A stretch of DNA of 64,000 bases from Casimicrobiaceae bacterium (GCA_035568975.1 DATMNH010000060.1:12176-76175); one strand, 5' to 3'. Shown: positions 16,880-25,082, numbered from the stretch's first letter. Made by a program: numbers and translations. The notes: a model not told the origin generated them from the letters alone.

Positions 16880-17563
16880 TCAATGCAGCCGCTGGCGACC
16901 CTTGCGCGAGGCTTCGCGCCGCTGCGCGCGCCGCTCGGCGCGGTTAGGCGTATCGGTGCGATTGCGCTCTTGCCAGAATCGGCAGATCAACACCGTCGCG
17001 ATGGGAAGCTCGTCGATCATGCCCAGCCGCTTTTCCTCGGTGTCCACCCAGTCGAGGTACTCCGGATCGTGATCGCCGTAGGCCAGCGCCTCGATCGGCA
17101 ACATCCAGTCGCGCGAGGACTCCTCCGCGTAGAGCGGCTCCCACTCCTGCTCGCGAAGCAGCACGCCGGTCATGAATCCCTCGCACCAGGCGCTTGCTTC
17201 GGGCGGGCTGCGCTCTTCCTTTTCCGTTTCCGCGTGATACAAAAGCGGCTTGAAGCGCGTCGGCGATTCCGCCAGCGTGCGGCGGATGCTCTGCTGCAGC
17301 CGAAGCACCAGCGACAGAATGCGCTCGGCCTGTTCGTTGTTCTGGAACACAGGGGTCACGCTGCGCTGGCTGTCGCTCCACAACACGGGCAGCCATTCGG
17401 ACGGCTGAATAAGCTCGGGTCCGCAGACGATCGCCGTCAGGAATCCGTCGAGCATTTCCAGATCCATGCAATCCTGCGGAACGACATTGGAGCCCAGGAA
17501 TGCTTCGAGCTCGTCGTAGTCGGCATCGCTTAGGGGTTCGTCGAGCTTACTGGTTTCGGTCAT
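16880..17563 (-). CDS. UPF0149/YecA-like family protein (no SEC-C zinc motif)
   Basis: MTETSKLDEPLSDADYDELEAFLGS...MDLEMLDGFLTAIVCGPELIQPSEWLPVLW matches the YecA/UPF0149 N-terminal pattern. The C-terminus is a basic tail (RAERRAQRREASRKGRQRLH) rather than CPCGSGKKYKKCC. Confidence 0.6.
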   Translation of the reverse strand: MTETSKLDEPLSDADYDELEAFLGSNVVPQDCMDLEMLDGFLTAIVCGPELIQPSEWLPVLWSDSQRSVTPVFQNNEQAERILSLVLRLQQSIRRTLAESPTRFKPLLYHAETEKEERSPPEASAWCEGFMTGVLLREQEWEPLYAEESSRDWMLPIEALAYGDHDPEYLDWVDTEEKRLGMIDELPIATVLICRFWQERNRTDTPNRAERRAQRREASRKGRQRLH

Positions 17564-17724
17564 GGAGGCGCTTTTAGTCGCGCCGCTTAGTGCGCGGCGG
17601 GACCGCAATCATCGCGCGAGACGCCGCCGAAAGCAAATCGATCCCACCACCGGGTCAGGGCGACGACACGACTGAAGCTGCCGCACCGGCTGCATTCGCC
17701 TCGACGTGCCCGGTAAGCGCACCC

Positions 17725-20109
17725 TCAGAACGCGTGCGATAGGGCAGCGAACCACGTCCGACGTCCGCCATATTGCGGTGCGCCCACGCCGACGCCCGAT
17801 CCATCACGCAGCAAGTATGTCTTGTCGAAGATATTGGTGATGCCGACGCGTCCTTCGAGGTTACCGACCGGGCTATCCTTCCAGCTATGAACCAGGGCCG
17901 TATTCATGGTGAAGTAACTCGGCAACTTGCCCGAATTGGGCGGCGCTCCATCCGGCGTGTTGCGCAACCCGCTCCCGTAGATGAAATCACCGCTCAATCG
18001 GGTCGCACCCATCCGATACGTCAAACCGCCTGAGACCGAATAGCGTTGATCGTGGTCGAGATAGATGTAGTGATCGGCGATGTACGCCAACTCGTCCGCG
18101 CCGAAAAGCGACTGCCCGGAGATGATGTTCTTGCCCTTTGCTTTCCCAACGGCAAGGCTCAGAAAACCGCTCAATTGCTGTCCGGAGTAGGTCATCGAAA
18201 GCTCGACGCCTTCTGCGTAACCCTTGGCGTAGTTGAACGGCGTCAGGATAAGCGCCTGGCCAAATTGGCCCTCGTCGAGCAGGTTGGTGATTTGCTTGTA
18301 GTATCCGTCGACAGCGACGGTCAGTTGCGGTGAAATTGTTTGCGAGACACCGATATCGAAGTAATGAGTCCGTTCGGCCTTGACCGTATCCGATTGGGCG
18401 ATTTCAGGTGCGTTGGTCGTGCCAGCAAACAAATCGATACTCTGCTGTACCACGAGCTCCTGCGGCGGCGGCGTGAAGTATCGGGCGTAGCCGGCATGAA
18501 TCGCGGTGGCGTCAGTAAGCTTCCACAGTGCGTTCAGCCGCGGGCTGAACTGATGCTCATTGGTGAAAGCCGCGACGTGATCGAATCGAACGCCGTAGTT
18601 GACGGTGAGCCGCGGATCAAGTCTCCACTCGTCCTGAACGTAGAGACCTGTAAGATTGCCGCGCTTGCTCGAGTTATCGATGATCGTCAGCGGGTCGCTG
18701 CTGCTTTGATTGCCGGCGTCGTCGACCGGAAAGACGCCGACGCTATTATTGCTGTGCGTAAGCTGGTGTACGTAATTGAAGCCAAAGCGGGCGGTGTGCG
18801 CCGCCGCGAGCTTATAGGATGCATCGGCCTGCACCCCGGTGGCGGAGTTGGACTTAAAGACGTCGGAGGCCACTCCGTTATAGATGAGGTCGCCGCCCTG
18901 GGTGTCGGGCAGATAGTGCAGACTCGAGTATTGGTAGAACAGCGACGCTTGATAGTCCAATAGACCACGGCTCTGTTGCAACGACAGGACCGTATAGTGA
19001 TTGACCTCCCGCTGCCGCTGGTCAAGGTCCGACGAAGGGCGCGCATTGAAGCCCGTCTCCACGTTACTTACTCCGGTGAGCGAGAAACCCGGCACCTGGT
19101 CCGGATTGTTGGGTATTTCAAAGCGTCCTTGATAGGTCCCGACCATCAGTCCCAAGCGGGTGGTCTCATCCACTACGTACGACAAGTATCCGAAGCCACG
19201 GGTTTGTTGCGTGCGATCGTGAATGGCGTTTCGAGTCGGGATCGGATTCTCGATGCCCAGGGTATTGGTCAGGAAGTTTCCCGTCGCGTAGTAACTGAGC
19301 GCGCCCTTCGAACCGATCAATTCGAAGCTGGGCTGGAAGCTGTCGTGGCCGCCAACAAGCATGCCGATGCTGCCACCAGGCGCGGAGACCGAGCCATCTT
19401 TGGTTTCGATGTCGACCACACCGGCAGTGCGCAGGCCATACTGCGCCGGGAGTGTGCCGGTCACGAAGTCAATATGATCGACGAAACGACTATCGACGGA
19501 CTGCCCGAACCCGCTGATACCTTCCGGGAGCTGGATGCCGTTGATGCGATACTGGACGTTGGCGTGCTCGTCGCGGACATGCAAGGAGCCCGACGCCTTG
19601 GAGTCTTGCGCCACGCCGGGCAAGCGCAACAGCACGTCGTTCATTGCCGTGTTGTCGCCGGCGCCATATTCGGCCACCAATTGCTGATCCAGCGTGTAGA
19701 CCGTGGTGCCTATCTTGGGAGATAACGCGATCCGCGCCTCCTTGAGGCGGGTCGCTATCACCTGGATCGGTGCAAGCTGCACCTCGCTCGCCATCAGAAC
19801 CGTTACCGCAACGGTAGGCGCATCGCTTACCTCGACGCTCAGCGTGGCTGGTGTCGCGGTTCCCTTGCTGCTTTCGATGACGTAACGGCCGACAGGGACG
19901 TTAGCGAACGTCGCCAACCCCTGCGCGTCTGTAGTCTGTTGTCCGAGCTGATTACCTGCCGCATCGCGAAGTGTTGTCAGAACGCCGGCGACGGGTTTCC
20001 CGCCGGCATCTTTGGTCGTCGTGTTGATGGTCGCTGCGAGCACCGGAGTTACGGCAAGGCAGGCGGCAAGACATACGGCCAATGGCCGTAGAGAACGGAA
20101 GCTGGGCAT
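17725..20109 (-). CDS. TonB-dependent outer-membrane receptor with N-terminal carboxypeptidase-regulatory-like domain
   Basis: Signal peptide MPSFRSLRPLAVCLAACLAVTPVLAAT. Ig-like segment GGKPVAGVLTTLRDAAGNQLGQQTTDAQGLATFANVPVGRYVI. Plug motifs (LRLPGV, HVRDEHANVQYRINGIQLP). Long beta-barrel ending in a terminal aromatic residue (...ALSHAF). Confidence 0.85.
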   Translation of the reverse strand: MPSFRSLRPLAVCLAACLAVTPVLAATINTTTKDAGGKPVAGVLTTLRDAAGNQLGQQTTDAQGLATFANVPVGRYVIESSKGTATPATLSVEVSDAPTVAVTVLMASEVQLAPIQVIATRLKEARIALSPKIGTTVYTLDQQLVAEYGAGDNTAMNDVLLRLPGVAQDSKASGSLHVRDEHANVQYRINGIQLPEGISGFGQSVDSRFVDHIDFVTGTLPAQYGLRTAGVVDIETKDGSVSAPGGSIGMLVGGHDSFQPSFELIGSKGALSYYATGNFLTNTLGIENPIPTRNAIHDRTQQTRGFGYLSYVVDETTRLGLMVGTYQGRFEIPNNPDQVPGFSLTGVSNVETGFNARPSSDLDQRQREVNHYTVLSLQQSRGLLDYQASLFYQYSSLHYLPDTQGGDLIYNGVASDVFKSNSATGVQADASYKLAAAHTARFGFNYVHQLTHSNNSVGVFPVDDAGNQSSSDPLTIIDNSSKRGNLTGLYVQDEWRLDPRLTVNYGVRFDHVAAFTNEHQFSPRLNALWKLTDATAIHAGYARYFTPPPQELVVQQSIDLFAGTTNAPEIAQSDTVKAERTHYFDIGVSQTISPQLTVAVDGYYKQITNLLDEGQFGQALILTPFNYAKGYAEGVELSMTYSGQQLSGFLSLAVGKAKGKNIISGQSLFGADELAYIADHYIYLDHDQRYSVSGGLTYRMGATRLSGDFIYGSGLRNTPDGAPPNSGKLPSYFTMNTALVHSWKDSPVGNLEGRVGITNIFDKTYLLRDGSGVGVGAPQYGGRRTWFAALSHAF

Positions 20110-20140
20110 CGTTTTTCCTTCACGCGCATAGCAATGAGAT

Positions 20141-20160
20141 GCCGTCGACGTATCGACGGC
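20141..20160 (-). promoter_or_regulatory. perfect 8-bp/4-nt-loop hairpin between the DUF2946-like gene and the receptor gene
   Basis: GCCGTCGA-CGTA-TCGACGGC read directly from the sequence. No U-tract follows, so it could be an intercistronic stabiliser or attenuator rather than a classical terminator. Confidence 0.4.
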
Positions 20161-20211
20161 AGTGATCTTCGGTAGATCATGTGCGCGGCGGCCGGCCGGC
20201 CGACGCGCTCG

Positions 20212-20472
20212 CTATGCGAAGCGAGGTGGGCCGCAGCTAGGCGGCAAAACGACGAGGGCGTGGGGCTCTACGTGAGGCGCGACTCGAAGTGGGCGCGCGA
20301 AGTAGGAGACGCTGACGGGAGGGACAGCAATCGACGGGGTGCTGGGACCTTCGAGTTTGCCGACGAAGGCGGCGCAGACCGCGCATCCCTCATCGGCATC
20401 GACGCCGATGTGCAAGTGCGTTGCCGCGATCGACACCATGATCGCAAAGGCGACCGCAGCGACCGCCGCCAT
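20212..20472 (-). CDS. small DUF2946-like CxxC protein
   Basis: MAAVAAVAFAIMVSIAATHLHIGVDADEGCAVCAAF...PPSCGPPRFA has one hydrophobic N-terminal segment, a CxxC motif and a C-terminal xGPP motif. It lies directly upstream of a TonB-dependent receptor gene. The start is uncertain: the ORF is open to 20721, but that would overlap the COX15 gene. Confidence 0.5.
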   Translation of the reverse strand: MAAVAAVAFAIMVSIAATHLHIGVDADEGCAVCAAFVGKLEGPSTPSIAVPPVSVSYFARPLRVAPHVEPHALVVLPPSCGPPRFA

Positions 20473-20566
20473 GACTGCGCGGCAGGACAAAAATCTGGCT
20501 GCGGACGTGCTGCGATTCACTGCCAATACCTTCGAATTCTCGGTGACCGGTGCGAGCGGGTGTGCA

Positions 20567-20578
20567 TTCGAATTCGAA
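20567..20578. promoter_or_regulatory. 12-nt perfect palindrome TTCGAATTCGAA (candidate operator) with a related half-copy at 20531-20539
   Basis: Read directly. It lies in the AT-richer 160-nt gap between the COX15-like gene and the DUF2946-like gene. Confidence 0.3.
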
Positions 20579-20632
20579 ATCGTAATGTCAATCAGGGCGA
20601 AGCGCAACAAACTCGTCGCCAGCGACTGGAAC

Positions 20633-21769
20633 TTATAGTGCTTCGTCGGCTCTCCGGGCAGACCGGCGGGGCATGCCGGCGTCTCGGCGCAGCGCGTGCG
20701 CAGCATTGAGGGCCGCCGCAAAAAGCAACACGGCGCCCGCCTGATGGAGAGCCGCGAGCGGCAGCGGCACCACCAGCAGCAACGTCGAGATGCCGAGAGA
20801 CACCTGCGCGAGCAGCATCGCGAGCAACAGGTGCGCGGCGCGGCGCGCCCGGGCCGGTATCTCGGGCGTGGCGCGAACCCTCCACCACCAGATCGGCACC
20901 AGCGCCAGGAGTGTCCACGCGAGCATCCGATGATCGAACTGAACCGTCGCCATGTTGTTGACGAAGTTCATGTACCAGGGACGGATAAGCATGATCTCCG
21001 GCGGCACGACATGGCCGTTCATAAGTGGAAAGGTGTTGTAGGCGAATCCCGCGCGAATTCCGGCGACCAGGCCGCCGGAAAGTGCCATGATAAAAATCAG
21101 CGCGACCAGCGACACCGCGGCGCGAAAGAGCGGCCTGGTCCGCGCATCGGCGGGTCCCGAAGGACGCAGTAGCGTGAGCGCGGTCCAGAACATCGCCGCG
21201 AAGATCAGCAATGCCATGCCGAGGTGCGCAGTGAGCCGGAGCTGCGACACGCGCGGGTCGTCGACCAGACCGCTTTGCACCATGTACCAGCCCAATGCCC
21301 CCTGCAAGGCGCCGAGCAGGAAGATACCGAACAGCATCGGCGCCAGACCGAGAGAGGACGGAAGCATTCGGCGTGCGACGAACCATAGCAGCGGCACGAT
21401 GAACGCGAAGCCCACCAGGCGCCCGAGCAAGCGGTGGACATATTCCCACCAGAAGATGCCTTTGAACGCCTCGATGCTCATGCCGCGATTGACTTGCAGG
21501 TATTGAGGCGTCGCCTGATATTTGGCAAACGCTTCGTTCCATTGCGACTCCGACAACGGCGGCAGCGTGCCGACGATGGGTTGCCATTCGGTAATCGACA
21601 GCCCCGAATGCGTCAGGCGCGTCACCCCACCAACCACGATCAACGCGAACAGCAGCGTGCAGCAGACGAGAAGCCAGGTCGCGACGACCCGTGGCGCGCC
21701 GCCGGCTGCCGCCGCGGCGGCGGGTAGGTCCGAAGATGCGGCCAGGCCGCCGGGCGTAGAGGAGGTCAT
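20633..21769 (-). CDS. COX15/CtaA family heme A synthase-like membrane protein
   Basis: VVGGVTRLTHSGLSITEWQPIVGTLPPLSESQWNEAFAKYQATPQYLQVNRGMSIEAFKGIFWWEYVHRLLGR is the COX15 signature. Four conserved His-containing helices (WEYVHR, TAHLG, FDHRML, AALHQAG). Confidence 0.85.
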   Translation of the reverse strand: MTSSTPGGLAASSDLPAAAAAAGGAPRVVATWLLVCCTLLFALIVVGGVTRLTHSGLSITEWQPIVGTLPPLSESQWNEAFAKYQATPQYLQVNRGMSIEAFKGIFWWEYVHRLLGRLVGFAFIVPLLWFVARRMLPSSLGLAPMLFGIFLLGALQGALGWYMVQSGLVDDPRVSQLRLTAHLGMALLIFAAMFWTALTLLRPSGPADARTRPLFRAAVSLVALIFIMALSGGLVAGIRAGFAYNTFPLMNGHVVPPEIMLIRPWYMNFVNNMATVQFDHRMLAWTLLALVPIWWWRVRATPEIPARARRAAHLLLAMLLAQVSLGISTLLLVVPLPLAALHQAGAVLLFAAALNAAHALRRDAGMPRRSARRADEAL

Positions 21770-21817
21770 CGGACAATCTTACTATCGAAAGGGGTAAGGA
21801 TATGGCGCAATGGCTCG

Positions 21818-23875
21818 TTAGAACTTGAAAAGCATGGCAAGGCGAAGGCTGCGGCGCTCGACCGGGTGGAAGTGAATGTCGTTGACGCCACCGGCAGGCT
21901 CGTCCGGCAAGCGGGACCTGTAGTAATAAGTGATGTCGTCGGCTTTGCGGTCGAAGATGTTGAACACGTCGAAGCGCAGCCGCAGTTGCTTGTTCACCTC
22001 GTACGTTGCCTGCGCATTGAACAGCGTGGTCGATTTCGACTTGACGCTATTGTCCTCGAGCAGTGAGCGCGGACCGAAATAGCGCCCGAAGAGGCTTGCC
22101 GTCCAGGGTCCGAGCTTGCGCACGGTAATGCCTGCCTCGGCGGTACCCTGCAGCGCCTCCGGAATGTGATTGCCGAGCGGATCGTTGTCGGCAAACCGGG
22201 CGTGCGTGTAAGCCAGGTCCAGATCGACCAGCAGCCACGTGTTCGGCGTGTAGTGGTTCGACCATTCGACACCCGTGCGTCTGGAGGGGCGTCCGGGAGT
22301 GTCGGTTCCCGTGTCGCCCTGGAAGACAAGCTCGGAATCTAGATGCAGATACCACAGGCTCAGCGAAGACTGAAGATTCGGAACGACTTCCGTGCGTACA
22401 CCTAACTCGGCGCCTTTGGCACGCACCAGCGGCGTGACCGGGTCGACTGCCGCGCCCGTGCCCGGGTCGACGTGCGTCGTCGTGCCGCGTCCGTCGTTGC
22501 TGTGGAAGCCTTCGCCGAGGTTGACGAAGTATTCGGTCTTTTGCCAAGGTCCGAAGATCATCGAAAGTTTCGGCGAACCGATGCCTGCACTTCGGCTTCC
22601 CGAGTTGTCCGCGATGTTGCTGTCGACCTTGAAGTCGTACCTGTCCCCGCGCACGCCGGCGACCGTGCGCAACCAGTCGGTCCATTGCGTCTGATTCTGG
22701 GCATAGATCGCATAGCTGGTCTCCCTGACACGATCTTCCCGTTTCGTCGACAGAGGTCTCCGCTGCACCGTGTTGTAGATCGCGACAGGATCGAGGCGAT
22801 CCTGTCGGATGTCCCAACCCAGCGTGTTGGTCATATCCAGGCCGAAGACCTTATCGGGCCGCGTCCAGCTCCCATTCCAGCCCAGAATCTTGCGGTTGTC
22901 GTATTGATTGAACTGATCGCCATTGACCGGATCGTTCAGGAAATAGGTGAAGTTCGAATAGAGCTTCAAATAGTACCGGATGCCGTATGCGGTGCTTTGC
23001 AGTTGACCGCCAGCGACTTGCTGCTGATAGTCGCCGGAAAGGCTGTAGCGGTACGTTCTACCGCCGTCACTGGGGTCAATCGCGCCCAAGCGGTCGATCA
23101 GCCCCGAGTTGACCGCGCGCTGCGGGATCTGGTCGGTCGAGTTCCACTTGCCCGAATAGCCCATCGCGGTGACCCCCCACTGTCCGTCGCCCGCTTTCTG
23201 CGTGTAACGAAGCACGCCGTTGAGTTTGCGGTAGTTGTCGGGGTTGTCCCAGGGACCGTTGTCGTGATAGAGCTCGACGCCGTACACCACGCGACCGGGC
23301 CCGACTTCGGGCGATCCTGCGAGCAATGCCCGACCATATTTTTCCGTCCCGATTCCCAGTTCCGCCAAGGAATTCGGCAACGATTCGGCGTAGTGAATGC
23401 TGGCCGAGCCGGCGGTAGCAAAGTCTCCCTGCTGCGCAAAGTACGGTCCCTTGTAATAGTCGATCCGCGACACGAGCTCCGGGATCATGAAGTTGAGGTC
23501 CATGTACCCCTGGCCATGCGCGTGAGTGCGCAGATTGACCGGCATCCCCGCGAGATCGGTTGCGAAATCGGTGCCGTGGTCGAGGTTGAACCCGCGGAGG
23601 AAGTATTGATTCGCCTTGCCGGCGCCGCTGTGCTGGGTGACGATCATCCCGGGGACGTACTCCAGCACTTCGCCGGGCCGCAGCAGCGGCCGGTCATCGA
23701 TCAGTTGCGGCGTGATGTAACCGGCGCTCGCCGCGTCGGATGTGCCTATGGCGGTTTCATAGTGCCCGAAAACATTGATCGGGGCGATCCTGGGCACGCC
23801 GTCGGCGTGCGCCAAAGCCGCAGAAAACGACAATACGATGGAGAGCGCCGTCCTGTTTCGCCCGCTTACGGTCAT
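21818..23875 (-). CDS. TonB-dependent outer-membrane receptor
   Basis: Signal peptide MTVSGRNRTALSIVLSFSAALAHA. Plug region LEYVPGMIVTQHSGAGKANQYFLRGFNLDHGTDF. Long barrel ending ...LRLAMLFKF. ATG 23875 is preferred over 23917. Confidence 0.85.
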   Translation of the reverse strand: MTVSGRNRTALSIVLSFSAALAHADGVPRIAPINVFGHYETAIGTSDAASAGYITPQLIDDRPLLRPGEVLEYVPGMIVTQHSGAGKANQYFLRGFNLDHGTDFATDLAGMPVNLRTHAHGQGYMDLNFMIPELVSRIDYYKGPYFAQQGDFATAGSASIHYAESLPNSLAELGIGTEKYGRALLAGSPEVGPGRVVYGVELYHDNGPWDNPDNYRKLNGVLRYTQKAGDGQWGVTAMGYSGKWNSTDQIPQRAVNSGLIDRLGAIDPSDGGRTYRYSLSGDYQQQVAGGQLQSTAYGIRYYLKLYSNFTYFLNDPVNGDQFNQYDNRKILGWNGSWTRPDKVFGLDMTNTLGWDIRQDRLDPVAIYNTVQRRPLSTKREDRVRETSYAIYAQNQTQWTDWLRTVAGVRGDRYDFKVDSNIADNSGSRSAGIGSPKLSMIFGPWQKTEYFVNLGEGFHSNDGRGTTTHVDPGTGAAVDPVTPLVRAKGAELGVRTEVVPNLQSSLSLWYLHLDSELVFQGDTGTDTPGRPSRRTGVEWSNHYTPNTWLLVDLDLAYTHARFADNDPLGNHIPEALQGTAEAGITVRKLGPWTASLFGRYFGPRSLLEDNSVKSKSTTLFNAQATYEVNKQLRLRFDVFNIFDRKADDITYYYRSRLPDEPAGGVNDIHFHPVERRSLRLAMLFKF

Positions 23876-24185
23876 CGGCCTGCCCACTAAAAATGACGCG
23901 TTCAGAATCAGGAGCAACTACGGACCGACTGGCAGTTCGGATGCGACGCGTATGGATATGGTATCGCGAGTCTGGTCACGCCGCCGTACGGCGTGTGCCC
24001 GATGATGGCGTACTCGATCGGCCGTATCAAGATCAAGGATGTTGTGACGGACACGGACATCCTTTTCATTCCAATGCTGCTGGTGCTGCTGATCGTGATA
24101 TTGTTTCCGTCTCTGATACGAATCGAGGCTGCCGCCGAAGCGCAACGCGCTGCGTCACACTGCGCTCCAAGGCGGCCGCTCTATC

Positions 24186-25082
24186 ATGATGGAAACGAAG
24201 CCGCTTTCGCCAGGTTTCGGCCTGCAAACGTCGGACATCGACGTTTCGGAGCCACTGTCGCCTGCGGAATTCGACGAGCTCGAGCGCACGTTCTTCCAGG
24301 GCCAGGTGCTGGTGCTTCGCGCTCAGTCGCTGACTCCCGCGCAGTACGTTGCCTTTGCGCGCCGCTTCGGTCCGCCGGAGCCGCACGTGATCGACCAGTT
24401 TCACCATCCGGCCGACCCCAACATCCTGATCCTGTCCAACCGGAAAAAGGACGGCCAGCCGGTCGGACTGGCCGACGCCGGCACCTATTTCCATACCGAC
24501 TACTCGTATCTCCAGGTCCCGGCACGCGCGACGATGCTCTATTCGATCGAGGTTCCGAAATCCGGCGGCAACACGCTCTTCGCCAATCAATACGCTGCGT
24601 ACGACGGCTTGAGCGGCCCCATGAAACAAGAGATCGCATCGCTTGTCGCCATCCACCACTACGGCAATCGCAAGGAGATGAACGACGCGAGCCGCATCGC
24701 GGCATCGCCGTTGACGCCGGAGCAAAAAGCCAAGATGCCGCTGATCACCCATCCGCTCGTACGCGCCCATCCGGTCACGGGCCGCAAGGCGCTCTATGCG
24801 GTATCGGGCAGCTCTTACGGCATCGTCGGCATGCCGGAGGATGAAGCTGTCGCGCTCCTCGACGTGCTGGCGGCGCACGGGACGCAGCCGAAATACGTGC
24901 TCAGCTATGACTACCGCGTCGGCGACATCGTCATATGGGACAACGCGTCGCTGCTCCACTCCGCGACGCTGACCGACCCGAACGATTCGCGCACGCTGTG
25001 GCGGATCACGATCAAGGAACCGTCGGCGAAGCTGGACGCACTCGACGTGCTTGCCCCTACTTTCGCGTCGGGCGCGATGTAG
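24186..25082 (+). CDS. TauD/TfdA family Fe(II)/2-oxoglutarate dioxygenase
   Basis: FQGQVLVLRAQSLTPAQYVAFARRFG, the HTDYSY (HxD) motif, GGNTLFANQYAAYD, IVIWDNASLLHSAT. Substrate is unknown. Confidence 0.85.
   Translation: MMETKPLSPGFGLQTSDIDVSEPLSPAEFDELERTFFQGQVLVLRAQSLTPAQYVAFARRFGPPEPHVIDQFHHPADPNILILSNRKKDGQPVGLADAGTYFHTDYSYLQVPARATMLYSIEVPKSGGNTLFANQYAAYDGLSGPMKQEIASLVAIHHYGNRKEMNDASRIAASPLTPEQKAKMPLITHPLVRAHPVTGRKALYAVSGSSYGIVGMPEDEAVALLDVLAAHGTQPKYVLSYDYRVGDIVIWDNASLLHSATLTDPNDSRTLWRITIKEPSAKLDALDVLAPTFASGAM

Noticed and set aside
20473-20721. The full 169-aa version of the DUF2946-like ORF.
   Set aside because: It would overlap the 3' end of the COX15-like gene by about 90 nt and run through an AT-rich palindrome-containing stretch. 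An internal ATG at 20472 precedes the hydrophobic segment. The start remains uncertain.
23876-24185. A cobalamin or other known riboswitch, or a Fur or Zur box, in the receptor leader.
   Set aside because: I found no B12-box-like GCCACTG/AGYCMGG core, no Fur-like GATAATGATAATCATTATC and no Zur-like TGTTATNATAACA dyad by eye. This needs an Infernal or PWM scan to settle, so it is reported only as a low-interest unexplained leader.
23993-24844. An ORF whose N-terminus looks like a small TM peptide (ILFIPMLLVLLIVILFPSLI).
   Set aside because: It has no stop until 24844 and runs out of frame through most of the tauD-like gene. The hydrophobic stretch is probably just AT-richer leader sequence translated.
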